64,000 nucleotides of DNA from a virus, in the IMG/VR virus record IMGVR_UViG_3300021963_000049, positions 1-64,000 of that record, one strand, 5' to 3'. Below the pieces are notes generated by a model. That model searched no databases, was not told where the DNA came from, and worked only from the letters and a program-made list of their open reading frames with translations. The stretch's first letter is position 1. Every line of letters begins with the position of its first letter. Both the position numbers and the translations under genes were made by a program. Positions 11,601 through 22,900 of the stretch are shown in pieces.

Positions 11601-14600
11601 GATGAAGAAGTTATATAATAGAAAAGAGCAGTATTATAAAGACATAGTAAACTCTGAGCTTACTAACATCCAAAGAAATGAGATATTAAATACTCTTGCA
11701 GCTCAAGGTATTTATGTTGACTTAGAAGAATTTGCTAATTGGGTAGAAAACCATGATAATCTTCCTTCTTATTTTATAGATGCTCCTAAAGGCATGATCA
11801 TCAATGAGGGCAGTATCTTATATGATGAGTATATAAAAATCTTTGATGATGCTGCTACACTAGAGGATAATCTTCCATCTAGTAAGATGACTGATAAGGA
11901 AATAGTAGATAGCAGAATCAATGAGATAGAGGATGAGAGAGTTGAAAAACTAGACCAAGCTAAATCTAGATATAATACTGCTCTTAAGAAAGAGATAGGT
12001 TATGATGAAAAAGAGTATGGTGAGAAGAAACAAGAGCTTGCTAATCAGGAAACTGTTTTAGAATCAGAAAAAGTTCAGTTACAAGATAGAAAAAAACTAC
12101 TTGAAAAATCTATCAAACAACTTAACTCATCAGATATAATTGAAGTTCAAGGAGTTTATGCTGCGGCACAAGAACTTGGATATATAACTGATGAGCTTTA
12201 CCAACAGGCTGAAGAAGCGGTAATTGCTAATCCTGATAGACTTGCAGAAGCACAAAAAGCTTTAGCTAAATATGATCAATCAATTCCACAGCAAGATAGA
12301 GCTACCGCTGCATTCTATTCAGTTATACTAAAACCATTACTAGAAGATGCTATAGCTGAGATAGATGCTCAATTAGGCCAAGCTGCTCCTGAGTTAATTG
12401 ATCCGGTTACTACAAAATCATATGCAGTATTCCAAGAAGAGCTTAAAGCTATCAATGATAAGTATGATGGTCTAATACAGAATCTAAAGAATGACTTTAG
12501 AAAGCAAGGTATAAATCCAGATGCAGTAACTGAGATAACAGTAGAAACTCCGTATGAGCAAATGCCTCAAGATCTTAAAGACATATTAGATCCATTATTT
12601 GCTGAGCACTTAGAGTTTATTGAAATATCTCCAACACTAGCTGAAGTAGATCCAAATCAATACCAAAGTATTAGATCTAGATGGATTGAGTCTCAGGCAG
12701 CTGTTATTAGAAAATATAATACAGATAAAAAAGCAGAAGTTGCAGAAAGAGCTAAGAAATTAGCTGAGCCACCAGTATTAAAGTTTGCGCCAAAAGGTGA
12801 AAAGCCTGCAAAAATTACTGCTCAAACTAGTGGAACTGCATTATCTGAATACTATGAAAAGATTGCTAAGACTTTAGAAGACGGAGAATATACTAATAAG
12901 AAAAATGAACTAGTACAGTTAACTCCAGAAGATATTGAAAATATTAAAGCTGACTTAGCTGCATTAGAAGGTTATATTGATGCCAGAACAAAAACATATA
13001 GGCCTCAATCTATTGCTGAAGAAGTAGTAGACAATATAGTTAAGAATGTAATAAATGTACAAGACCAAGTAGTTGATGTATTTGATGAGTCTGGTAGAAA
13101 AATAGGTAGAAGATTTGCTGATACACCAGTAATTACAACAGGTGCTCCTATCTCTGCAACAACTGCTACTACAGATGCTAAAGCTGATATAGAAAGAAGA
13201 AGACAAGAAGAATTAACTGAACTCGGTCAAAAGCAATTAACAAAAGGTTTCAATACTTTATCAGAAGCAACCAAACCAGAACAAGTTGCTAATGCTATAG
13301 TAAATATTGAACAAAATAAAAATCAAGGAGCAAGGCTTTCAAAAGAACAAGAACAACAATTATCAGAAGCTAAGGCAAAATTAAAAAAAGAAGGATATGA
13401 AATAGTAGATTACAATATAGTTAGATACGGAGAGAATACAATAGTAGAAAGTGTAGATTTTTATAATAGTGAAAAAGATGTCCTTACAGAAGAACAAGCT
13501 AATGCAATAGAATCAAAAATAAATTCATTAGAAAAAAGAGGAGAAGAAGTTCATGTAGATGACTTGCCATCACCTGTATCAAGAACTATTAAACCACTAA
13601 TTAAAAAAGATGGGGTAATGGTTCAAGCCGCAAAAGTTAATACTTTAATTTTTGAAAGTGTTGAACAAGCAAGAGAAGCTATTAAAAAATCAAGAGAAGC
13701 TGGTAATAAAAAACCTAATGCAGCTGATAAAATCAATGCTAAATATGATGCAGAACTAGCTGCTTTAGGAACTGCTCCAACTCAGACAACTGAAGTTATA
13801 TCAAATCTACCTACTAGGGCTACAAAAGTTGCAGAACAAGTTGATCTTGAAATAACAGGTAAAGATCCTTTTCTTTATAATAGATTGGAGGATGAGACTA
13901 TTCAAAAAGACTTTAGAATAGCATTAAATAGCCAAGATATAAAGGATGAAGAGAGACTTAACTTCTTCATGACTGCATTTGAAAAGAAAAATTATCCTGC
14001 ATTTAGATCTAAGAGAAAACTAAAGTTACTTAGAACTTCTCTTGAAAATAATTTTACAGAGGAGAATCTAGTTAATACAGTACAAAGATTGGCTTATGAT
14101 GAGTCAACAATTGCTGGAGATAATGTAGATAATTTAATTAGAGATTTCTTAACTCCTGATGCTGTAACTGGATTTAAACAAATTACTTGGGATCCAAATG
14201 TAATGACAGAAGAGGCATTCAATACTTTATTTCATCCTGCAACAGGTATTGTAACTAAACTTAGACAAGGTATTATTGATGGTCAATATACTATCTTATC
14301 TGAGAATGTTAAAGTATTTGATAGAAATTATAAAGACAATGGTATCACAGGTGAGTTAGACTTATTAGCCATTGACAAAGATGGTAATGTCTCAATTATA
14401 GATATCAAAACTGGTAGATTTAAAAACTGGGAAGCCTATGGAACTGGTGCAAAATCAGATAAGCAAACATACTTCCGGGCTCAGCAATCTATATACAAAA
14501 ATCTATTCTATAACATGACTGGAATAGATGTCCAAAGAATAAGTTTATTACCTATTGGTATAACAACTGATCTTGATGGTAAGATACTAGAGCTTGGATT

Positions 14601-16959
14601 AACAGAACTTACACCTGAAGGTGAGGATACTCTTGAATTAGAATATCTTCCAGAAGTAGAGGCAGCTGGAGTAACTAAAATTGCACCAGTTGAGGCAGCT
14701 CCTACACCTACAACAGTAGCATCTACTGAAGATATAGAAACAAAAAGAAAAAGTGTCTTATTAAGAAAGGAAGATTTAAGTAAAGCTCCTGAGTTTGCAC
14801 AAAAAGCAATTGCTAAAACTGTAGAAGCTATAGATGAAGATATCAGACTACAAGTAATTGAAAAAGCTTATGAAGGAGTTACAGCAAGTCCGATTGCTAA
14901 AGAATTAGGATTAACCACAGAACAAGTAAGAAGTATAAGAACATACTATGGTGTACCTGATATAGCAGATAAACAAGATTATCAAAAATGGAAATCAGGT
15001 ATTGATGCAGAACTAGCTGCTTTAGAAAAAGGAGTTACCGAATCTAAAAAAACAATCCCACTATCTGATCCATCAAAAGTTTCACTAGAAGAAAACTTAA
15101 ACAAGCCGATTGTGTATAATGGCAGACTTGGTAAATTAATTCTTTTAGATGATGGGGTATTTGGTGTAGAGCTAGATCAATCTAGTAAAGTAACTGAATT
15201 AAGTCTAGTACTTGAAGGATTGAAAGCTAGTTTAGAAGTAGAGTTAGGTGAGTTTGGTAATCCTACACAAGCCGCAGAACTTAAAAATACAATTGCTGAA
15301 GTACAAACTGAGTTAGATAAACAAGCTCAAACTAAACAAATCATTGAGTTAACTAGAGATCTGATGCCAGTAAAAGATGGTAAACTATTACTATCTCAGG
15401 CAGGAATATTTCCAATTAATAATATAACTGAAGTAGCTCAAGTAACTGTAATAAATAAAGAGCAATATGATGCTAAGTTTGATGATCCATCAGAAAAAAC
15501 AGCAACAATAAATGGTGTTAAATACACAGTAAATAGAAATGCCCAAGGTAACATAGTTTCATTATCCTATGGAGTTAATGATAAAGCTATTGCAGACATA
15601 GAAGCTGAAACAAAAGCTATTTCAGATAGAATACAAAGTTTAAGAGCTAAGTTTTCTCAAGCCACAACTGAAGAAAAAAGTGTATTGTCTAAAGAGATAA
15701 GTACAGAACTTTCTAAGATTAATCAGCTTAACAGAAAAAGACTAGATCTTTTTGAATCTAATGCCCAGAGAACTGTTTCAGGTGGTAATGCAAACAATTT
15801 AATTTTTGCACTTAACAGACTTCCAAATAGTTTCCAAAAAGGACATCAGCAAAAGAAAGCTAGTGATGAAAAGAGAGAGTTAAAAGAAATAGCAAGTTTA
15901 TCTTCTGCATCAGATGCAGCAAATAAAGCAATGGATGATATCTTAGGATACCAGTATCCGGCTGCTTTAGACAAGCTATTTGAACAAGGTGTATCAAAAG
16001 TATCCAACCAGGATCTATATAAAATATCCATTTGGGCGGAGGATGCATTAGCTAAACTTGAAGAGTTAGCATCAATAATGTATAACAACAATGAAGTAGT
16101 AACAGATATATTTAATCAGATAAATGCTATAGAGGGTCTATTAAATGATCTTCAGTTAATTAAACTAACTAAAAATGGACAAATCAGCAAACAGCAACCA
16201 AAAGAACTCAAAGAACTCTTTGGACCAACAAGGAAAGAATTACCGAACAGGCCTAGTGTATCTGAGGTTCAAGTCCCTGTCGGAGGAAAAACAGAAGCAG
16301 TTTCTAGACAAGCAACAGATGAGGAACTTAGTAAACTCAGAGAAAAAGTAAGAAACATCAAGACTAAAGGTGATGAGCTTATTGGAGAAATTTCTTTAGA
16401 AGAAACTAAACCTACATCTCCAGTTGTTGAAGAAATTCAGAAAACAAAAGATCCGGTTAAGCTTAAAGAAATTTATGATAGAGCTATTATCCAAGAAGCT
16501 AAGAACCCAGGTACTGTAGATCTTAATGCTGCAAAAGAAGCCTTTGACCAAAGAATGACAGAAATTGCAACAGTAATGGACATAGAAAACATTGTTGTTG
16601 ATGAGCCGGTATTATCTAAAAAAGATATAGGTGAAGCTTTGGCAGGTAGCACTTTCTTAGTATCTTCGTTTAGAGGAAATAAGGTCTATATAACCAACCT
16701 AAAAACTGGTAAAGGCCAGTGGTACAATAATAGTGAACTTGTGGAAAATTTTAAGAAAGCTCCGGTAGAAGGTATAGAAATGGAAAAAGAAGTAGAACTT
16801 ACACTAGATGATGTTGAAGATTTCAAATTAAATACTGAAACAGTTAATAATACTCTAGAAGATATAGATGCATTAAATGCTGCAGCTAAATCTGTAGAGG
16901 AAGCTCAAACAAAAGGAAGTTTTAGAAATCAGTTGAAGAATAAAAATTGTAATATTTAA
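8686..16959 (+). CDS. Giant ejected virion protein 1, multidomain, with a PD-(D/E)XK nuclease domain
   Basis: 2757 aa; Gly/Ala hydrophobic segment (GALVGAAVGAAEGG...GAAIGGAAG); coiled coils; GELDLLAID...IIDIKTG...QQSIY nuclease motif at about 14341-14495. Confidence 0.75.
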   Translation: MAEENTTDPVGQMSNFNSFIDPAKIEMEAYKPIGTPALFDAHSLPGGNNISNPTYAIKDGTSGSAPNFPVNSASQVAKQGQDKGMLIAQKLKADLNLLEDKNNYSKIYAYDAGKNGAFKARYKAYGQETFDKVGFHPLIDNETWFNANTTGWDDFKRMMTHSALPLLTQGFMDPIKSYASFFGNGGDITGDSLGAASYDELSAIGYSTKGGFAGFTTNLVQSAAYSVGILAEGAVEGALVGAAVGAAEGGVTAIPGAAIGGAAGFLKSLWRLPSALAKMTFSFGKMAVNLNRAAKLAEAKNLFVNASKSMGNFFNPLENTKNAAMNYVFKNPDDLTALARTAKTAGALWHDAKNLNMALSEGRLEGGMAENRVYEKLYNDHYNVYGEPPDDAKQQEFHDIAKQANLTNTISNSLLVFYSNKIAFPSITQAKFLKGLPKTGFGTVIGNVGKEYQLVYTPAKDVAEAVYSAERVSLGNAVKAFVKPKIYGRVALNYFKKNLVEGFQEVSQDALATATEEYYTNTYYDPAAKNFQYAMGTLRGGFAKQMSAQGFETFLSGFAMGSILQTPSTIAKYMSIGYNKYYKYRDNYDEYLKNVGDSANEAVDALNTMHKNGKYFFDPRLGNYVNQVLIGKKIDDEDTRTKNEIKDDEFTAFTSAVTTALRTGTFDLFLNNFAGYKQASPKDIEEAWNLEEGQGEKALQSIDKAINGAKIIANRYNEAKKKMKYLRNLSDLEPGTEEYKMGQLYNEAYEAGLTNLVYMQSAFDDNLGRLNNLYQDLGNLKSLQEVGFTNVANLVEPGKLNREIQMLQTEIEAAETYTDPTAVEQVARKKSLLTAMTNFQKTQDGLVNAFVNNEIIKQRKAELLAEDSSLTPDSAEMKVIDELIQEYEDNQTNPFLEYKDAFAELLRAYVGTPEKQIQLEDEIMKKGGYDSMFDALVDTHIIRKGNAGLIQYINLLNDPKGFYEHIERNFEWMKKLYNRKEQYYKDIVNSELTNIQRNEILNTLAAQGIYVDLEEFANWVENHDNLPSYFIDAPKGMIINEGSILYDEYIKIFDDAATLEDNLPSSKMTDKEIVDSRINEIEDERVEKLDQAKSRYNTALKKEIGYDEKEYGEKKQELANQETVLESEKVQLQDRKKLLEKSIKQLNSSDIIEVQGVYAAAQELGYITDELYQQAEEAVIANPDRLAEAQKALAKYDQSIPQQDRATAAFYSVILKPLLEDAIAEIDAQLGQAAPELIDPVTTKSYAVFQEELKAINDKYDGLIQNLKNDFRKQGINPDAVTEITVETPYEQMPQDLKDILDPLFAEHLEFIEISPTLAEVDPNQYQSIRSRWIESQAAVIRKYNTDKKAEVAERAKKLAEPPVLKFAPKGEKPAKITAQTSGTALSEYYEKIAKTLEDGEYTNKKNELVQLTPEDIENIKADLAALEGYIDARTKTYRPQSIAEEVVDNIVKNVINVQDQVVDVFDESGRKIGRRFADTPVITTGAPISATTATTDAKADIERRRQEELTELGQKQLTKGFNTLSEATKPEQVANAIVNIEQNKNQGARLSKEQEQQLSEAKAKLKKEGYEIVDYNIVRYGENTIVESVDFYNSEKDVLTEEQANAIESKINSLEKRGEEVHVDDLPSPVSRTIKPLIKKDGVMVQAAKVNTLIFESVEQAREAIKKSREAGNKKPNAADKINAKYDAELAALGTAPTQTTEVISNLPTRATKVAEQVDLEITGKDPFLYNRLEDETIQKDFRIALNSQDIKDEERLNFFMTAFEKKNYPAFRSKRKLKLLRTSLENNFTEENLVNTVQRLAYDESTIAGDNVDNLIRDFLTPDAVTGFKQITWDPNVMTEEAFNTLFHPATGIVTKLRQGIIDGQYTILSENVKVFDRNYKDNGITGELDLLAIDKDGNVSIIDIKTGRFKNWEAYGTGAKSDKQTYFRAQQSIYKNLFYNMTGIDVQRISLLPIGITTDLDGKILELGLTELTPEGEDTLELEYLPEVEAAGVTKIAPVEAAPTPTTVASTEDIETKRKSVLLRKEDLSKAPEFAQKAIAKTVEAIDEDIRLQVIEKAYEGVTASPIAKELGLTTEQVRSIRTYYGVPDIADKQDYQKWKSGIDAELAALEKGVTESKKTIPLSDPSKVSLEENLNKPIVYNGRLGKLILLDDGVFGVELDQSSKVTELSLVLEGLKASLEVELGEFGNPTQAAELKNTIAEVQTELDKQAQTKQIIELTRDLMPVKDGKLLLSQAGIFPINNITEVAQVTVINKEQYDAKFDDPSEKTATINGVKYTVNRNAQGNIVSLSYGVNDKAIADIEAETKAISDRIQSLRAKFSQATTEEKSVLSKEISTELSKINQLNRKRLDLFESNAQRTVSGGNANNLIFALNRLPNSFQKGHQQKKASDEKRELKEIASLSSASDAANKAMDDILGYQYPAALDKLFEQGVSKVSNQDLYKISIWAEDALAKLEELASIMYNNNEVVTDIFNQINAIEGLLNDLQLIKLTKNGQISKQQPKELKELFGPTRKELPNRPSVSEVQVPVGGKTEAVSRQATDEELSKLREKVRNIKTKGDELIGEISLEETKPTSPVVEEIQKTKDPVKLKEIYDRAIIQEAKNPGTVDLNAAKEAFDQRMTEIATVMDIENIVVDEPVLSKKDIGEALAGSTFLVSSFRGNKVYITNLKTGKGQWYNNSELVENFKKAPVEGIEMEKEVELTLDDVEDFKLNTETVNNTLEDIDALNAAAKSVEEAQTKGSFRNQLKNKNCNI
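13746..15025 (+). repeat. 23-bp perfect intragenic direct repeat TGATGCAGAACTAGCTGCTTTAG (encodes DAELAAL)
   Basis: Copies at 13746-13768 and 15003-15025. Confidence 0.9.
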
Positions 16960-16963
16960 AAAA

Positions 16964-19900
16964 ATGGCTTGTTTATTAGATAAAGTAGATATTCTTGCAC
17001 TTTATAGTGACATCTATGAAGATATTTTAGGGAGAATTAATGGTGAGATAAAAACTAAATTTAATCCTGAAGAATATATTAAACAATTACATAATGAGAT
17101 TGCAGAGGTAAATGATCCTAAGTTTGCTTTAGAAGTAGCACAAGCTACTCCTGAAATCATGTTGCAGGTAATTGCTACAAGAAAAAATGTAAGAGAATAC
17201 TTTGTTAAAAATGAAATAAGCCAAGATCTAATTTCTAAAAGATCTATTGAGTTTGAGAACATAGATGAAGTTATAAAGTTTGTTGCTGTACCACAAAAGA
17301 CTAGAGAGGAAATAGATGAAGAGATTAAACAAGCTAATAAAGCTTCATATAATAAACCTCCTGCTGAACCTTTGCCGGCTAATATCCAGTGGTCATATAA
17401 TGAAAACAATGGTTATAAAGTTGCATATCCATTAGCAACTGTAGGTCAACAAGCTTATGCTGTAAATCCAGCAACAGCAACTGAAGCAGAAAAGAATGTA
17501 AAAGATCCTGAAAAAAATCTATTCTATGATGTTATTAAAGGCATAGTAGCTTTATCAAGAGCTAGAACTTCTGAATCTGATGAAATTATATATCAAGGAA
17601 GATCTCTAGCATTAACAGCTGTTAAAGATTCTGAATTTCCTGAAGATAGTATTACAGCAGCAGATAAAAAGTATCTAGAAAAACCAGATGCCCAAAGAGG
17701 TATCATTGCAGCAATAACAGATACTAATGGAGACTATATTTATTTTACCAATGATGGTGACATAACAGACAATCCAGACAATGGTAGAATTGTATACCAG
17801 TATCTTAGAAGGGTAAACCTAATTGGTGGCAAGCTTTATCTATCAAGTGAATCTGAAAAAAATATTACTCTTGTTCCTGCAGAAACTTTGGCAAAAAGAG
17901 AAGCCCAAAGAATGAGAGATAATGGTGTAGAGGTAACTGAAGAAGATGAAAAGCAAATAGTTAAAAGAATTGCTGATAAACAAACCAATGAGCTTAACCA
18001 GTTATATAGACTTAGGCAGTATATAATGAGTGATGAAGGTACTCCAGTTGTATTACCAATTAATGGTGGTACCTTTGGAATTAGTACAGAAAACATTAAA
18101 GTAATTTCATTTTTAGAGTCTGGATTAACAGAAGAAGATATTGCTAACTATCAGTTAATCAGTACTCCTGGTGAGTTTAATGGTCAAAACTTCTTTACTA
18201 TTACTACAAAAAAAGCAGGAGTACAAATTGATCAAAATATTTTTATGCAAAGAGGGGACATGGATAGAACTCTTGCTGAAAAAATTGCTACAGTATTAAC
18301 TACAACTGCTAAGTTAAAAGGTGAGGAGTTAACACCTGAAGAAAGGCAGAACTTTTTTGAAATCTTCATTAATAATACCACATCAAAGAAATATGGTGGA
18401 TTAAATAGAGATAGAATAACTGCAAAAGCCACATATAGAAATCGGAGATTAGTACTAGCTGTTAATATAAATGGTGAAGAAATACCTCAAGAAGAACTTT
18501 ATACAGAAGAGGCTAAGCAAAAGATAATCAACCACTTACTTGCTGCTGTTCCAAGTACAACAGAGGAAGGCAGATTATATCCTGCAAATATTCAGTATAA
18601 TAAAAAATACCACGGAGGTGAGTTTACAGATTATGAAATATCTGGTGATACAATTAAAGAAGTAAAGAAAAATCACTTTGATACTATTAAGCCTTACATT
18701 AAAATAATTTATAGTACTGAGGATGATAAACTTAAGAATGGTTTAAATGCATATTTAACTTATTCTATTCCTCAGAATATAGTTCCTGCCGGAGAAGTAA
18801 ATTACCAACCAGGAATTCCGCAGCCTAAAAAAACAGAAACAGAAACTAAAAAAGTAACTCAAGCTCCAGCAACAGTAGGAGCTCAGTTTACATATTACAA
18901 TAAATACTCAGATGCCAAAGCTGCTCATAATGATAAGAAGGGAACTTGGGGTCTAAGACCAGCATTAGGTCTTGAGCCAGTAGTTCCTTTTCAGGAACAC
19001 TTTGGAAATCCTTGGGATATAAAAGAAGACAAGTTAAATAAAGTAAAAGCAGTTGATACTCTAGAAGAAGCAGTACAAAACTATGAAGACTGGCTTACTG
19101 GTAAGAAGTTTAAGAATATTCAGAAAGAAAGAAGAAAGTGGATACTTGATCAGATTAATTCTGGAGCCTTAGATACTGCTAATTTTATTTATTATAATCC
19201 TAGAAAAACTGTTAAGACTCATGTTCATGTATTAGTGGATATGATTAATAACAGAGATAAAACAAAAGCTCCTGAGATTGTTGAGCCGGCACCAGTAAAA
19301 ACAACAAAAGAAGAGAAAGTTGAGGTTGACAAAAAAATCTTAAATCTACAAAGTGTTCTTAGCATGCCTTCAAGAACATTGTATAAGAGAGAAAAAGTTA
19401 GACAGAGTTTTCTTGATAGAGTGTTTACATCTAAAGCTGATCTTAAAAAAGCAGATAACTGGTGGAATAACTCAGGTCTATCTCAGATAAAAGTAAATGG
19501 TAAAGTATTATTACCACTTGAAAGAATAACAGAGATAGTTAATTCAGATGCATTTGCCACATTTACAGAAAATGGTATTACATTATATGAGGCTGATGGT
19601 GGTACTCCAATAGATCTTTACCATGAGGCATGGCACGGGTTCTCTCAGCTTGTCCTTACTCCAGAACAAAAGACTGATTTATATAATGAACTTAGAACAT
19701 ATCCTAAGTGGTCTAATGCAGAGTTCTTTGATATAGAGGAGGATATTGCTGAAGACTTCAGATCATTTATGAAGTTCAATAAAAAATTCCCGGGCTTATT
19801 AGGAAAAATATTTGAAGCAATAGGTAAGTTACTTAGAAAGCTTTATGGTAGAATTACCAGACAAGATATGACAAGACCAAGAGATATTGCTTCTGTAAGA

Positions 19901-22900
19901 GAATATTTTGACTTGTTATATAAATCAGATAAGAATCCTGAAGTATTCCAACAGTTTAGTCCAAGTGTAAACAATTTAATGTTTACAAAGTTGAATAGAT
20001 CTAAAACTATTCAGCCTCTTAAAGCTCAGGCAAAGCATTATCTTGAGTTTACATTAGAAGAGAGTACTAAAGCTGTAAGAGTTATAGATAGTTTAATTGG
20101 AATTGAGTTTCAAAACTATAACAGAGATAACAATACAACTGCCGGAGCAGTAAGAATTTTAGCTAATCCACAGAATAGATCATTGCTTTATAGATCAGTT
20201 AGAGATAGACTAGAGAATATTAGAATAGCTTATACTGAAGCATATGAAAAAGCTTTCTTTGAAAATGAGGAATCTGAAAATCCAGATCTATTCTTACAGC
20301 AGGATCTAGAAAACAAGATGCTATATTTTACAAAGCTTGTAGAAAACTTTGGAGATGTAGATCTTTCATTAGAAGGAAAACAAAAGACTGGTGTGGTTGC
20401 ATATCACATGAAGAAGTCTAAGTTTTCTGCAATTAAACAAGCCTATGCTGATTTAACTGAAGATCCAACTGATTTAGATAACAGTCAAATATTTAAGCAA
20501 GATGGTGGTAATACAGTAGCTTCTAAAGATATTGCAAGTGAAGAAACCATGATGTTGTTGTCTAGTATATTTAAAGTACAGAGAACAGCAGATGGGGAAA
20601 TAGAAGAAATAACTGATGAGTTTGGTATTCCTGAGTTAGAAGATCCAGATACTATTTGGAATAGACTTGCAAAAGTTCTTGCTGGTTCATTTGATGAAAC
20701 TGAAATGTATAAGAGAATAGTTGAAAGTTCAAATAACTATCCTGAGTTTTATCAATTGCAAAGTTTATTGCCAAATCCATATGTTCTTTCTCCAGGAAGT
20801 TATGTAACTAACACAGAGTTTGATACTGAAACTAAGTTTTGGCAGGATCTTAAAAAGCCAAGGATACCATATATACAGTTAAATCTTACAAAGAATACTG
20901 AAGGAAAGAGAGCTGGTACATATGAAGCTAGGCTTTCAAAGGCAAACTTTGATGTATATAAAGTTATCAGTGACTGGTCTTCTAATTTTATTACAGCTGA
21001 TACTTCTGTTAACCCTTATATAGTTGAGGATGGTTATAACAGAAACATGCTTGACATTGATAAGTTACTAGATCCTAAAAAGTTTGGTAATAAAGAGTTA
21101 CTTAACAGTGCAGAGTCTATTGAGTTATTAAAAGCATTAGGAATTAATCTTGATACAAGTAGCCCAGCAATTATGGCTATTGTAAATAGTAGGAGTCAAC
21201 TTTTCTCTAATAGATTTGGTATCAATAGAATTTTAAGTGTTCTAAAGCAAGTAAATAAAGCTACAGATCAAGGAGCAATAGATGAATTCAGAAGAACACC
21301 ATTAACATTTTTACTTAATGGGTTATCCTATGATTTAAGGATAGATAAGTCAGAGACTGAAGAAATGAAAACTAGGATAAGAGTCTTGGCTGAATTACAA
21401 AACATGTATTCTGATTCATATTCTAACTTTAGTGTATTGAGTCCAGAAAGAAACAGAGTATGGGAGCATTTCTTAGATAATACAATCACTAGAGTTGTAA
21501 CATCACTTAGAAAAGCTGAAAACTGGGAAGAGCTTACATCTGATGAGGCTGATCCAAATGGTATTTTTAAACACATGAGATGGTTGTCTGAGAATAATAA
21601 TACATTCTCTAACTTCTCTAAGTTATTAAATACTGTATTCTATCTTGATCCATTATCAAAAAACTACGGTAAAAAGAAACCAGATGCAAATCTTGTATTA
21701 AATAATGTAGCAGGTACACAGTTAGTTGGTAAAAGCTATGATGAAACTACTGGAGTTTCTACAGCATCAATGGATGCTACAAGTAAATTCCTACAAGAGT
21801 TTAATACTTTATTGTTAAATGGTATAGAGGAGTTCATGAGGCATGCTTCTAAGAACACTGCAATGGGATTAACTTCAGCAACTAAAATAGAAACTTATCA
21901 AGGTAAAAACTCAGATAAGTTATATGTTGATGTTGAGGCATTTAGACCTGGTAGTTTTGGGGAATCCAAAGCCTTTGATATCATATCCGGATATTTATCT
22001 GGTGAGGCTAACAGAATCTTTAGATTTAGTTCTGATATAAAGAAGTTTGCACAGTTTGCAGGTTATAATAGAGAGGTAAGAAGAAAGGATGGCAGAATAG
22101 TTATGGCCGGTCAAGCATTTACTGCATTTGATGATGTCTTATCTTTAAACATACAGAAAGAACTATATACAATTATAGATAATGCTGTTAAGAATAAACA
22201 AGCAGACTTCAATATGATGGATGTTCTAGATCAAGATTTAGATTTAAGAGCCAGAGTAGAGAAAGATGTTAGAAATTATTTTGATAAGCAAACACAAAAA
22301 AACCAAGATAGATTAAATAAAGCAAGATATGTAGATGCATCATTAGTAAATAAAGCTGATGTTCAATATATAGATCTTACTTTAGATCAAGTAGACAATA
22401 TACTTGTTAAAGCATATAGTTACAACTCTTGGATACATAAGTTTGAGACTGCAATAATTGCCTATGGTGACTTTGCACAATACAATCATGAAAAAGAAGA
22501 GTTCCATAAAAGAAATGCTGGTTTAGGCTCAGGTGGTAGAGGATTCCGTGCAGATTTAAGAGCCCAGACTTTTGTAAATAATCCTACTCTATTCAAGAGA
22601 TATTATGCAGATAGAATGGGTTATGCTACAAGAAAGTATGATGGTACTTTACATACTGCTATAATTAAAGAGATAGAGTTACCATCAAAAATGTATGATG
22701 AGTATCATAAAGAACTTGTAGATGTATATACTAAAAGACTAGGTAATAAAGAAGAGGCTAAGAAGTTGGCAGATACTGCAATGAAAGAGTATAAGTCAAT
22801 GAAGATTGCAGATGGTCAAGGTCACATAACTTTTGAGACATATAGAATGCTTAAGAAACTTGAGGGTAACTGGACTGATCCACAAGAAAAATTATACAGG

